Assembly: GCF_000485595.1 (NCBI RefSeq)
Contig: NW_014577068.1
Coordinates: 246,626-310,625 of the forward strand
DNA length: 64,000 nt
Origin: Priapulus caudatus
Lineage: Eukaryota
Direction: 5' to 3'
Positions 1-13,948 of the stretch are shown piece after piece. How positions within the stretch are numbered: position 1 is the stretch's first letter; each line of letters opens with the position of its first letter. Made by a program: the position numbers and the translations under genes. The notes under the pieces were generated by a model. That model made no database searches. It saw only the letters and a program-made list of their open reading frames with translations, and was not told the origin of the DNA.

Positions 1-3000
1 TATACTAAGAAGAGCGCTCTATCCTGTAGGGTGCAAAACTGCTACTTCATCCTCGCCCGCACTTCCCCTGACCTATGTTGTCCCACGCTCAGCTTTTTTC
101 TTCTTCCACCGCCCCTCCGCTATTTTCCCTACCGCCTTCCTTCCGTCTGCTTTCCCTCTCTCCCTCAGCAAGCTATATTACGTACTTTTATTTAGGCCGT
201 ACTGCGCGTCTGAAACGGTGCTCGCTCATGCGCAATATCTCCCGAGAAAAAGAATATTTTGCAAACATTATAAATTTAAAATGAAGAGGAGTTAATCTAA
301 CATAGATTTCTATGATAACATTTTTCAGTAGACCTCACTACAGAAATAGGAAGCAGACCTTGCATGAAAGGTTCCCACTGCATATACCAGTCAGTACACA
401 ATCTGGCTACGTTACTGTTTTAGCGCGTGCGCAATATCTCACCAGAGGAGTTTTATTTTGTGATGAAAATGCATTTACTATGAACAGGGGGTATCTCAGC
501 ATCGATTTCTGTAATAAATTCTTATCGTTAGACCTGAATATGGGGATTGGTCCGAAGTGAAATGTTGCAAAATGCATTGCTATTGTCAAAAGTGTATTCG
601 CCTTTATATTGACTCTTGTTTCGAGTTTCGAGTTGTACTGTATATTCAGCTGTACTGCACATCCCCCAATTGCATAATCATTGCAAATTGGACATCATTG
701 TGAAGGGAAATGAACAGGCTTTCTAATTATACCAAATTCAATGATAATAATGCAGGTACAAGAGAGATATCATCGATCACACCTAAATTTCCGAACTGTT
801 TTTAGTGTGTAGATGAAAAGTCTCCAAATTATTTTTAAAAAACTTCGGCAGTTTACGGGTTAAGAGATACAGGGTAAAGACGGTATTCGTAGTGTCTTTC
901 ATTTTAGATACAGTGTAAACAAAAGTTTATTACTTTAGATACAGTGTTTACATTAAAGGTAGTAGCCCTCATCTGCACACCCTGCCAATTTCCATAAAAT
1001 TTTATTTGTAGATGCCAATTGGCATCAGGATATTTTCTTTGAGTTCTTGAGGCGTCTTCCAGTCGCCTTAAGAGGAAAACGTTTAATTTCTCATTTAAAT
1101 GTCACATTATAACTATAAATCCAATGCTGTGATATGTTTACTTTGATGAGTCCTCGTTTTAAGTTACAATAAGCTTAAATTCGTTCGAGACCTCCCACGA
1201 TGCTGTGCAAATGAGGGCTACAACCTATAAAGGAAAAGGAGATTCTAGTCATTTTTTTTTATCTCAGACTTCAGTATCCATAAACAGAAACATGTTTCAC
1301 TCCGTGAATGGTTGTAATTCCAGTACATGTATAAAGTGTCAAGTTAAAATTTTGTTTTGAGATAAATTTAAGAGATACATAAAGATATCATAGCTGAAGC
1401 TACCATGCTTTAACAAGTTAAATTCTGAATATATTGGTTGCCCCCCCCCCTTGACAAGCCCCTGACGGAATACAATCAACGATATACCGGAAGAAGTCAA
1501 AAAAGCATTATTTGAAATGGAATGTTTTGAAAATTCATCTACCTCTAGTGATCAGATGACCTAGTTTATGGCATGTAAACGCTACAAACAATAGTCGATA
1601 CTTGCAATTAAAATGCTCGAAAATATACCTGTTAGAGATCAAATATACGAAAAGTTCCTACCGTTGGACGGGGGATACCCCCTCCAAGNNNNNNNNNNNN
1701 NNNNNNNNNNNNNNNNNNNNNNNNNNNNNNNNNNNNNNNNNNNNNNNNNNNNNNNNNNNNNNNNNNNNNNNNNNNNNNNNNNNNNNNNNNNNNNNNNNNN
1801 NNNNNNNNNNNNNNNNNNNNNNNNNNNNNNNNNNNNNNNNNNNNNNNNNNNNNNNNNNNNNNNNNNNNNNNNNNNNNNNNNNNNNNNNNNNNNNNNNNNN
1901 NNNNNNNNNNNNNNNNNNNNNNNNNNNNNNNNNNNNNNNNNNNNNNNNNNNNNNNNNNNNNNNNNNNNNNNNNNNNNNNNNNNNNNNNNNNNNNNNNNNN
2001 NNNNNNNNNNNNNNNNNNNNNNNNNNNNNNNNNNNNNNNNNNNNNNNNNNNNNNNNNNNNNNNNNNNNNNNNNNNNNNNNNNNNNNNNNNNNNNNNNNNN
2101 NNNNNNNNNNNNNNNNNNNNNNNNNNNNNNNNNNNNNNNNNNNNNNNNNNNNNNNNNNNNNNNNNNNNNNNNNNNNNNNNNNNNNNNNNNNNNNNATGTA
2201 TGTATGTATGTATGTATGTATGTATGTATGTATGTATGTATGTATGTATGTATGTATGTACGTACGTACGTATGTATGCAGTATCAAGCATGCGCCTCGT
2301 ACAGGCGTAGTCGGAGCAGGATGGCGTGACAAACACGAAGATAGGAGAAGCGTGAAGACGGGTGAGGAATTCATCCAAGACAAACACCGACACCTTATAC
2401 TCGCTCGCGCGCACGCTCTGTCTCTTTTTTTCCCCTCACTCCCTCCCACCCTTTCCCTTTCGTTTCTTCTTTCTTTCTTTCGTGCATACTTTCTTTAATT
2501 CTCTTTGCACGTGCCACTGTTTTTTCTCTGTTTTATTCAGCCATCTATCCATCCATTCAGCGGAACATACATCCACCCAATACAAAACTGATAAATATAC
2601 ACAGACAGAATATACACACACACATACATACATACATACATATATATATATATATTGTAACGATTTTGGGCTCCTGTCGTGTATGCCTGCGCACTTATGC
2701 ACATATTTGGAGGGAAACATACGTATATCATACAACTGTGTGTGCGTAAAGCTTGACGTAACCTCGGCACGTCAGTATATAGTTACCATTGTTGACGTGG
2801 AGGTGCTGTAATAAGCTTCAGCTTCAGCTTAAACACGCGTGGTAGCTTCGGGAGGCTTCATCGAGTTATCCTTGAGCTTTCGCCACGACGTGAGCACGTG
2901 AACATTTCGTGTGCCCTCTATGCAAAGCCACGCTGGGTTGGCGGGTATATAAGGGAGGCATAGGACAGTTGTCCAGCACTCAAATCCGAGTCACTCACCG

Positions 3001-6000
3001 CTGGACTCACGCCAGAGCCAGCGATAGACTCGAGTCAGAGTCACTCGGCGATCGAGTCAACCAGAGAGAGAGAGAAAGAAGCAGGTCGCAGCTCTGACCA
3101 AGACGCGAGGGGAGCAAGGAGGCAGCTGCCCCCCTAGATTTTAAAGCAAAATAAAAAAATAAGCTTAGCTAATAATCGTAAATAACCATAACGTGATTTT
3201 ATTGGTCAATTATCCGTGAAAACCTGGTTTCATACCGACCCCTACCACACTATGGACATCGATAAGAGCTGCGCCCGTCGCTCATCATTACGCAGCTGAG
3301 TCACGAAATTTTTCAAAAGAATCTCTATCACTCTATCTCTATCTCTCTATCTATCTATCTATCTATCTCTCCATCCATCCATGCTGCTGCAGGGCCCGTT
3401 CATTTAACGGTTTTTACGTTTTTTTCCTCCAGCGACCTCAGATGACTTCGGAGGTCAAATCCAATGTGCTCGTGACATTCAGCATCAAAGGTTACACCTA
3501 CGGAACGTTCTTTGACATTTCTAGAGTGCTCCATATTGATTTGCATTGAGAACAGACAAACAAACAGACATACATTCACAAATATGTATTAGGTACATTA
3601 TATATACTAGCAGAAAGTATACCCGTAGAACCAGCAAATGTTGTCTTTAAATATAAACTCCATGTAAGTGACACAGATAAAGTTAAATATTTCATGTAAC
3701 TGAAAAGAAAACCACTGCACTGGGTACAACAGAACACTGGCACAGCTACTGGCCACTACTGGCCACTGACTACGGTGTCAGTATGGTGTACGTCAAAGCA
3801 GAGTGAGCAGGGGGGAATCTGCAGTAGGNNNNNNNNNNNNNNNNNNNNNNNNNNNNNNNNNNNNNNNNNNNNNNNNNNNNNNNNNNNNNNNNNNNNNNNN
3901 NNNNNNNNNNNNNNNNNNNNNNNNNNNNNNNNNNNNNNNNNNNNNNNNNNNNNNNNNNNNNNNNNNNNNNNNNNNNNNNNNNNNNNNNNNNNNNNNNNNN
4001 NNNNNNNNNNNNNNNNNNNNNNNNNNNNNNNNNNNNNNNNNNNNNNNNNNNNNNNNNNNNNNNNNNNNNNNNNNNNNNNNNNNNNNNNNNNNNNNNNNNN
4101 NNNNNNNNNNNNNNNNNNNNNNNNNNNNNNNNNNNNNNNNNNNNNNNNNNNNNNNNNNNNNNNNNNNNNNNNNNNNNNNNNNNNNNNNNNNNNNNNNNNN
4201 NNNNNNNNNNNNNNNNNNNNNNNNNNNNNNNNNNNNNNNNNNNNNNNNNNNNNNNNNNNNNTATATATATATAGCGAGAGAGACAGGGGGGAAGAAAGAG
4301 AAGCTCCTAACTAAGAACATTCCATAAATGCTATACTATGCATGGGACTATGCTAAATGACTATATGCAATAAATTTTTATCAAATCACATCGTTCAAAA
4401 TGCGTTTAATTACAGAATAACAGGAATCATGTTTCCGGTTTCCTGTATCGATTAATTTCTCGTGTTTCTCGTGCTTTTCTGTCAACAGTAGGTAGGCTGA
4501 TATACTAGACATGGACAATTATACATGATAATATCAGTCATTTATAGTCTATATTAGACACTCCTTGTAATATCATTGCAATAATGACCGTAATCAGCAG
4601 CATATATATATATATATATATATACCCATCACAATAATATCAGTCATTACTATATATTTATAGTCTATATTAAACATTCATTTATTTTGTCGACGATATC
4701 ATTGCCGACCGTTATCAGCAGCTTATACATGATGTGATTGTGTCACTGCTCGATTGGCTTCAACCCCTAGAACTGTGTGTGCACACAACTGTGCTACCTT
4801 TGCCTTTCTACCGACATAGCCCCTTACAAACTTCCTGTTTAATCGTTAGTGCCAGAGTTTCGCTTACTACACGGTCCTTTCTCATGTTATGGAAATAAGA
4901 TATTCCTGTTATATCGGAGTAAAAATGTCTTTACGCCCGCCCCCTGTTACAAAGGTCAAGTTTAAACAAATGTCAATAAATCTAAACTGCATTGTATGGT
5001 CTTCGAGCAATTTCACTTTGATGCAGACGAACGCGACTACGGAAATGAACCCATTCTGTTCTGTAAAAACAGGAAACCCAGTACGAAATAGCAGTTGTCT
5101 GCGTCAAAAAAATCTGGGACTATAGAAAGCAACGGAAAATGCTATCTATAGGTGGTTAGCAATTGCTGTAGGGTTGGACCATTTGTAATCTAATGATAAG
5201 TTTAAAGATGAATTATGATAAATCATAAGTTTTGCTCTTACGGGATGATAGACCAACGACGTATAGCTGAGTTTATCGACAGCGCCGATGAAGCCAAGTG
5301 CAAAATACGGCTTTCTATCGATCCACAAACACTTACCGAAGCAGTGATGGGAAAACACGAAACACTACTGACCTTAGGCGATGTCTTACAAAGTCCCCAA
5401 TAAAGTACAACTGCTGAGAAAAATAGGCGTCAATAAAGCATGCCGGCACGCGAGAATCGACGCAGAATCGAGCTACCTCTTGTTTCGATTGATGGTAATG
5501 CGGAAATTCACCAGCGGATAGAACCATCAGATAGTAATTAATGTACTTTTAGCAACTTGCAAAGATACGAATTGCCGTTACATGGCTGCGCGTGTTCGAG
5601 AAGACCAAGCTAGCTAGTAGTGATCAAATGGTAGACGATCACACACGAAATTTTGCAAGCTGATGAAAAGCTCGGTTACGATGATCTTAGCTAGCATATA
5701 TCTCACCCGGTCCTTTGAAAATTCTAGCGATCCGTAAATTTGTGGGGTTTCCAGCCTAATATTGTCACGTAGTGATTTTCATCGCAGCAACTTCCGAGGA
5801 GCGAGATATTCATCATCTTGATTTATACCAATAACCCACACACGCTCGCGCACGCACGCACGAACACATGCACACACACTTGTCAAACACACAAGCGCGC
5901 TCATACGCTCATGCACAGCCTAACACGCGTCTAACGCATAATGTCTATATATAACGCACGATGCCTATGGTGTACGGTTTGTCAATTTAGTCCAACCATA

Positions 6001-7940
6001 TGTCGGTTTACAAACACACACCATTATTTTCCGCCAACCATACACATTGTAACGCCACCAACATGTTATTTATAAAAACCTTATCTTACTTTACAGAAAC
6101 ACGTGTACATTTTTCCTACCAATAAGATTCGCGCGCCACCGAACCACAATTCCCCCCACACTAGTTTGCTAAACCAACACTATACTAGTAGTTGGTCAGC
6201 GAACGATACAAGTATATAGTTTGCGGAGAAACATGGTTTTCCGCGCGCAGTGTGCAACCTTTGACCTGCGTACGTGGCGCGATAACGTAGCCTCGGGCGC
6301 ATATGGCGGCCGCCGATTCCGAATCCCGCAACGGCCACCGCTCCTATTGAGCACGCTGGCGCATTGTAAACAGCCGTTAACCCTCCAACCCCCCCCCCAC
6401 ACACACACCACCACCACCAACAACAACAACAACAACATCACCACCACCACCATGCGCCATGGGTCGTAGGAAAGTGTACTAACTCTAATATCTCGCGAAC
6501 GAATTGAGTTACATTTCTAAAATTTGACTATGGTCTCTGTGAAACGTTCCGTGAGATTTTTCCCGAAAAAGTCAATTTCAACGTTATGAAACTAACATGT
6601 GATGTGTCTATATGTATCTAGCATTTTAGAAAAGTAACTCAATTCGTTCGCGCCATATGATAGTTAGTGTCACCGCGTGCTCTTTTAATTAAGCTCCGCG
6701 CGACCGCGTGATCGCATTTATGTTCTAGTACCTTACGAAGGAAATAAACCCGCTCGAGGATGTAAAAACCAGTCAGTGATACACAACGCCACACAGTGAT
6801 TTATATTGTACACACACACATAGTATTTATTNNNNNNNNNNNNNNNNNNNNNNNNNNNNNNNNNNNNNNNNNNNNNNNNNNNNNNNNNNNNNNNNNNNGT
6901 GGTGGTGGTGGTGGTGGTGGTGGTGGTGGAGGTGGTGGTGGTGGTGGTGGGGGGTGTGGTGGCGGTGGTGGGGTGGTTAACGGTTAGGGGAACGCACCAG
7001 TGTGCCGTGGGCCGTGCGCGAATTTTTTTTCCTACACGTTATATCTATTGAGCTTGATATACGCATATCAACTTCCGCATCAGACTTTCCGTATATCAAG
7101 GAATGATGCAAAAATTGTAACCTTAACCCTAACCCCCCTGTGTATATACATGCCTGACCAGGTTTTTTGGTGCATGCTATACTTATTGTAGCCAGTAGCT
7201 CGAAACTGAATTATATCGCCCGATTTTACGTGTGAGAAAATTGCACACGTGTTGTGTCAATATGTCGATACTGCATGAAATCAAGAGCTAATAATACTTG
7301 GCGCCGTGAGGCCTGTGGGAGGGGAAGTTTACGAGCCAATATCTCAGCCTATGAGTATGGTATTAACAAGCGGTTGTTCTTGTTTTAGAGAGCAAATAAT
7401 TCTGCTTAATGAAATACTATAAAATTATTTTAGATTCGCAGGCAAAGTAGAATAATCATGTCGTGAAATAGCACTATTTTCCCGTTTTTCCGTTGTACGC
7501 TCTGGGTATTATTAGCTCTTGATAGTGTGCGGCTAGCATAATGTTACCTGCTACTCAAACAGAACATGCTATATCACACCGTTAAAAACAAACAATCGCT
7601 TGAATCGTGAAGGAATCACATATCGATGTAGGCCTATCTTTGTTGACTTTGCGGTTTTTGTTTACCTCTCTCATACGTTAGCGAGATTAGATGAGATGCT
7701 ATATTATCGTAGCTGGCTGAAGCCCAATAGTTATGGGAAAATACTACCGTCGAACATCTGCTAGATGATATTGGCTATGGGGATGCATAGTTCCACGATT
7801 ATGAACGGCAATGTACAGAAATGCATCATAGAAACTTGGCTGCAAGCTCGATAATGTGCGATCGATGAAGCTATTTGGAGGTAATATAGTTGTATTTTAA
7901 TCCCTTAAACAAACGATTCGTCGCATCAAACTGGTGCGTG

Positions 7941-8002
<62 letters not shown>

Positions 8003-8348
8003 NNNNNNNNNNNNNNNNNNNNNNNNNNNNNNNNNNNNNNNNNNNNNNNNNNNNNNNNNNNNNNNNNNNNNNNNNNNNNNNNNNNNNNNNNNNNNNNNNN
8101 NNNNNNNNNNNNNNNNNNNNNNNNNNNNNNNNNNNNNNNNNNNNNNNNNNNNNNNNNNNNNNNNNNNNNNNNNNNNNNNNNNNNNNNNNNNNNNNNNNNN
8201 NNNNNNNNNNNNNNNNNNNNNNNNNNNNNNNNNNNNNNNNNNNNNNNNNNNNNNNNNNNNNNNNNNNNNNNNNNNNNNNNNNNNNNNNNNNNNNNNNNNN
8301 NNNNNNNNNNNNNNNNNNNNNNNNNNNNNNNNNNNNNNNNNNNNNNNN

Positions 8349-8373
8349 CTTCTCTCTCTCCATCTCTCCTTCC

Positions 8374-8427
<54 letters not shown>

Positions 8428-8429
8428 AT

Positions 8430-8497
<68 letters not shown>

Positions 8498-8508
8498 TTA
8501 TCTATCTG

Positions 8509-8571
<63 letters not shown>

Positions 8572-8600
8572 GTCTGTCTATCTATCTATCTGTCTCTATA
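8349..8600. repeat. (TCTA)n microsatellite; others at 13492-13543 and 33465-33935
   Basis: Direct inspection. Confidence 0.9.
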
Positions 8601-9613
8601 CATATATATAATTTGCTTTAATTGTCTGTCAATTTTTTTCCAATGTAGATTTGATGTGATTGTGTTTACACACATTAAGCCTTCATGATTTATTCATAAG
8701 TGCAAGTTTCAAATTCAAAAGGAATATCCAATTAGTGCGTCCATGCGTTACAAGACGCGCGTAGGTACAAGGCCTACGTACAAAACGCGATGGCACGGAA
8801 GAAATACGCTATATCTGTCTTTAATAAAAGGATTGATCATACAATCTGTCTAGCTTTCACGTGATTTTTCTCTATTTTGGACTTAGACTCGTTCTTCTTA
8901 TCGCGCAATAAATTCTGCTAATTAGAGGAGCGCTACACGTCTACACGCTCGCGTCTGTTTGTCACTGCTTCGCTTCCCGTAGAGCGCCCTGCTAGCGGCC
9001 GTCTCTTTATCAACATGCCTCTTGGAGCTGTGCTTTGGTACGTACATGTCTGCTGAAGCCGCGCTATGTGTATCATCTTTGTCGAGAGGCCCCTAAGGTA
9101 TCATGCAGATAAAAAAATCCATAGAAGTATCCAGTAAAAGCTTTACTATCTATTTCCGTGTGGAAATAATGAGCCATTGCGACCATATTAGGCTAAGAAT
9201 CCATAAAAATCCAATATTTCAATGTTACGCGCCAAATTTGCATTGCAAGGCGATTTCAATTCAATTATTCTACCATAACTTTTTTTTGTAAAAATGATTT
9301 TCGCGAAACATGCCAAACGGCCAATTTACAACGTGTTTTTGCGCTGAAAAATAAGCTTAGCGTAAATTTTTTTTAGGCCACCACACGCCGAAGTAGTCAC
9401 GTCCATCGTGACGAATAGAAGGGGTGTAGCCAGCAGTCTAATATTCGATAATAAGTTTCATTATCGTGCAGCGCATTTCGTTTGATAGGTCAAAAACAAA
9501 ACGATTGTATATATTATCACAATCGCAAGCTGATTTGGGAATGGGATATTTTCAGATATAACTATATAAATAAATAAATAAATAAATTAATTAATACACA
9601 TGTGTATTTGTGC

Positions 9614-9644
<31 letters not shown>

Positions 9645-10054
9645 TACGTGCGTGCGCGCACGTATGTGTGTGCGTGTGTGTGTGTGTGTTTGTGTGTGTG
9701 TGTACGTATGTGCGTGCGCGCGCGCGTGTGTGTGTGGTGTGTGTGTGTGTGTGTGTGTGCATGTGTGTGTGCGCGCGCGTGTGTGTTTGTGTATGTGTGT
9801 GTGTATGTGCATNNNNNNNNNNNNNNNNNNNNNNNNNNNNNNNNNNNNNNNNNNNNNNNNNNNNNNNNNNNNNNNNNNNNNNNNNNNNNNNNNNNNNNNN
9901 NNNNNNNNNNNNNNNNNNNNNNNNNNNNNNNNNNNNNNNNNNNNNNNNNNNNNNNNNNNNNNNNNNNNNNNNNNNNNNNNNNNNNNNNNNNNNNNNNNNN
10001 NNNNNNNNNNNNNNNNNNNNNNNNNNNNNNNNNNNNNNNNNNNNNNNNNNNNNN

Positions 10055-11020
10055 TCTCTCTCTTCGATGCTATTGCGTCAAACGGCACACTGTTTCACAA
10101 TTTCTTCTCAGGTTCCAACACTCGGTACCTTTATTTTAATACGCTCCATCAGATAAAAGGTAAATACTGTAACTCGATATAGGCTCTCGTTACAGGTGCG
10201 AAATACTTGTCACGACGAGGGTAATCGCCGAACTTATAAAAGCCCGAAATATTGAACAAGGCATCGCTAGTGAGAAATGACTTGATATTTTACACAGTGG
10301 ATGGAATCTACGGCATAGAGTTTATACAACGGATGAGAAGCGCTGACCTCTAACGAGTTTAACGTTGCACACCTACGAGTTCGCATTTCATCGAGAACGA
10401 AAATCCACGGCCAAAATAAACTTTAGAATTTTCCGAAAGCAGCACGCTGAATGCAGATCTACCGTTGATACACAGAGACGTGCCCGCTATATGGCCGCAA
10501 CAGCGCGAGTAATTGAACGTTCCAAGAGATGCGAACGCAACAACAATAAATTCCAGCAACAAATCTAACGCGCAATAGCAAGAATCAGCGAATTCCCCCT
10601 AGGAGCTTAGCTTGCGGACGTGAGTCGCGGCTAGCGTGCAGCGTCTGACTGAGAATCGCTGTTAGCAGACACACGCAGTCCACACTCACTCTCGGCTCGC
10701 TACCCACGGTAAGCTGCGCAGCGCCCTGGACCACGCAAGACGCCCCGGCAAACCGCGTCCGAATACGTGGCTCACAGCCGCAAGGCAGCATCGCAGTCAA
10801 TATTGACGAGCATCTTACCACATATTGGCCAACATCGTTACACATATTGGACGAGCATGCTTACACAGCCGCAGTTCCCCGCGATGTATAACCTCAAGTA
10901 AAGGCATCTTTTCACAGGATCCTTATAATAGCCTATTATTAGTCTAAATATAAGATGTCACTGGTCAACCATCTGAGCGCTAGATGCCACGAAATAGCGC
11001 AGCAGCCTCCTGCTATACAG
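10055..11020 (-). repeat. Inverted copy of ~15330-16220 (sequence 3' of the RERG-like stop codon)
   Basis: For example, 10055 TCTCTCTCTTCGATGCTATTGCGTCAA is the reverse complement of 16193-16219. Colinear, with many indels. Confidence 0.85.
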
Positions 11021-11340
11021 GACTTCAAACAGGCATCATCATAAACGGATCGACAAAACAAAAACACACACGCGCCGCGCACGCACGCACATATCACGCA
11101 CACACACGCCAACACACACACGCGGCGCGCGCCACGCCAGCGCAACGCAACAATCACACACACACACCACACACACACACCAAATCACTACACACACACA
11201 ACCAAACACACATCACACGCAAACAACACACACACACCACACATACCACCGGCGCCGCGCGCGCACGTCCACGCACGCGAACATCACACACACACTACAC
11301 ACGACACACACACACTACCCACATAACCACACAACTTACA

Positions 11341-11366
11341 TAGGGTTAGGGTTAGGGTTAGGGTTA
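11341..11366 (+). repeat. Short interstitial (TTAGGG)n
   Basis: TAGGGTTAGGGTTAGGGTTAGGGTTAG at the junction between noisy CA-rich sequence and the TSP1 segment. Confidence 0.7.
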
Positions 11367-11547
11367 GTCAGAAATAGATAAACGAGCCAGGTCAAACAGA
11401 GGTCAGGGGGACAGAGACCAGTAATAGACCTGATATTCTACCGTTCGCAGCCGAATATTGCAGACGGTCAGCCGACAACTATTCTAACCATAGAAATAAT
11501 ATAGATACTAAATAATGTCTCAATATATTTCCAGGATTCTAACGCAC

Positions 11548-11733
11548 CTATGCATGCGTCTATGTTGCAATCCTTCGTCTCGCTGATGGTAGAGGTCGCC
11601 TCGTCCGTGTAGCAGTCTGCGCCTCCGTTCTCCGGTGCCGGACATCCGCACGTCCTGTTACGTAACGTCTTACCGACGTCACAGCTCTTGGTACATTCGG
11701 ACCAAGGCTCCCAGTCGCACCAGTCTCCACTAA
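11548..11733 (-). CDS. Internal exon encoding one thrombospondin type-1 (TSP1) repeat
   Basis: Translation VSGDWCDWEPWSECTKSCDVGKTLRNRTCGCPAPENGGADC...ETKDCNIDACI has the TSP1 WxxWxxWxxC..C..G..R.R.C pattern. CAG acceptor at 11734-11736, GT donor at 11546-11547, 186 nt, phase 1-1. Confidence 0.88.
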
Positions 11734-12134
11734 CTGCGAGATAGAGCGATAGATGTTTCAGTTCCAAAGATACAGCCGTCGAGCATGTTTATAGCTAGCT
11801 CTAGAACTATAGCCCTCACAGGCGACTGTGGCGGAGCCAGGGGCTATAGTTCTAGAACTAGTGTATACCAAGTCTAAACTGAGATTAATTTGTAGTAATA
11901 GATCAGAGATGTGTTTAATAGAGACCGTTTCATAAACGAGGGCAGGGTTTTGACGCTTTGCACGGTTGTAACTGTAGAAATCTACGTATATCATATGCAA
12001 CGGGTTACATATCGTTAAAAAATAAAAACTATACACAGCAAGAAGAAGAGGTCCTCGTTGAAGACTCGTTGAAGAGGTTACATCGTTGAAGACTAAAAAC
12101 TATTCACTGTAAGAAAAAGCGATCGATCCCTTAC

Positions 12135-12308
12135 CTGGGCATGGTGGTACGGGCGGGTCAGTGCACGCGCCGGTTTCTGTCGGCAGTCCTATACAAGTGG
12201 TGCTGACGTAACCATCTGGTGTCATGCACTGCCGGTATCGGGACACAGTGGCGTTCTCTCCACACTCCTGACTGCACTGCGTCCACGGTGTCCATTCCGA
12301 CCACGTCG
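12135..12308 (-). CDS. Internal exon encoding one TSP1 repeat
   Basis: Translation TWSEWTPWTQCSQECGENATVSRYRQCMTPDGYVSTTCIGLPTETGACTDPPVPPCP. CAG acceptor at 12309-12311, GTAAG donor, 174 nt, phase 1-1. Joins in frame to the 11548-11733 exon. Confidence 0.85.
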
Positions 12309-12412
12309 CTGCAACCATATTGACCCAACACTGAATAACGCACACCTGCATGCCAACATGCAATTAACTGACTGACCAGTACATTTACATGTACCCGTTG
12401 GCACACCGCACA

Positions 12413-12700
12413 AGCCTTGTTTACACGGAGTCACATTAACCCGAGTTAAGCTAATCCGAGTTAACACCTAATCCGAGTTAAGAAACACGCATCGTCTATA
12501 CGGATTCACCTTAACCCGAGTTAACACTTAACCCGAGTTAAGCTAACCCGAGTTAACACTTAACCCGAATTAACAAACACGCATCGTCTATACGGAGTCA
12601 CCTTAATCCGAGTTAACACTTAACCCGAGTTAAGAAACACGCATCGTCTATACGGAGTCACCTTAACCCGAGTTAACAAACACGCATCGTCTACACGGAG
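12413..12700. repeat. Truncated Harbinger-like end with tandem TTAACCCGAGTTAA near-palindromes, in a TSP1 gene intron
   Basis: Starts AGCCTTGTTTACACGG, followed by about 11 copies of TAAYCCGAGTTAA interspersed with AAACACGCATCGTCTATACGGA. Confidence 0.6.
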
Positions 12701-12957
12701 CTTGTGATAGACGGACACCTAGATATTCAGTGAATAATGAATCACAGAGACTCGTATCGAAATGCTATTTATTGATTAATGTATCCTAGCTTATGCATCG
12801 TTGATGTACTCTAGGCACTATCGACGCGGGTAGCTAGAATCGTACGTTCTGATGAAAATTCTAACGTTGTAATTTTGCAACATCTAACGCTTTATTGGGA
12901 ACCGTCAAACTACCTCAATTGTATTGTTACTTCCACGTAATTTAGCTAGTATTGTAC

Positions 12958-13004
12958 CTTCGCATTCCTTCAGGAAGCAGAGTTCTCTATCGATGTAGCA
13001 GATG
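12958..13004 (-). CDS. Candidate 47-nt exon, C-terminal part of a preceding TSP1 repeat
   Basis: CAG|C ATC TGC TAC ATC GAT AGA GAA CTC TGC TTC CTG AAG GAA TGC GAA G|GTAC translates as ICYIDRELCFLKECE. The phase-1 end gives ECE-A-TWSEWTPW when joined to the next exon. Not in the ORF track. Confidence 0.55.
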
Positions 13005-13492
13005 CTGCGTGGAGGTTGGAAAACGATGATCATTAATTAGTCAGGCAACATTTTAATTAGATCACGCGGCATCAGTCACAGCATCAAGAGCGTACTTAAT
13101 ACTTAATGCTTAAGCGTACTTAATATGCTCTTTACAGTAATGCCTAAGTATGCTTAAGCATACTTAATACGCTCTTGACAGTATCTTCCAACACTTAATC
13201 ATCGGATTAGGTTGGCATTATATGGAGTTATAACGATGCCCATTGATAGGTAACCGCCCAGCCCTCCACAACCCCGCCGCCATAGCCCGGGGGGTGGGTA
13301 CTCACTTTTTTGGGGGTGCTCCACCGAAATGGGAAAATAGAGGACAAAAAGATGGCTTGACGGTGAAAACATGGGGCAAAAAGATCGGAAGGGAAAAATT
13401 GGGGGGCAAAAAGATGGCTAGGAAAAAATTTTTGGGGCAAAAAGATGGCAAGGAAAACGAAAAATTGGGGGCAATAATGCGGCGCGAATATG

Positions 13493-13544
<52 letters not shown>

Positions 13545-13948
13545 CACACACATACACACATGCACGTACGCACGCACGCACACACACACACGCGCGCGCG
13601 CACACACACACACACACACGCACGCGCGCGCGCGCGCGCGTATGTGTATATATATATATTACCTTCTTCTCCCTCTCTTGCAATGCATCCTCTTTCGTAG
13701 TAGGTCCACAATACGTACCATACTACTGTTACAAACATATGCCTACACGAATCGGATCCGAGTTAATTATAATATATTTTATCGCCTCCATTTGGCAGCT
13801 GCCGATATGAACTTGTCGCTCGTAATGCTCCCTCAGCCAGCTATTAATAATCCTCTGACAAATTACCAAAATTGGTATATAAATTCGATATATTATTAAT
13901 ATTTGGAGATAACTTAATTGCTAATAATGTTGGCGCATATGGTTTCAG

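Noticed and set aside
5215..5540. Short ORFs with protein-like composition
   Set aside because: No recognisable motif or consistent splice sites.
1602..10182. ORFs containing X runs
   Set aside because: They span N gaps and simple repeats.
11341..11366. Chromosome end or fusion site
   Set aside because: Only ~4 TTAGGG units, no head-to-head arrangement, and similar tracts occur inside MITEs in this window.
12435..12700. CRISPR-like array of palindromic repeats
   Set aside because: The intervening segments are themselves repeated; this is a subterminal repeat array of a MITE.
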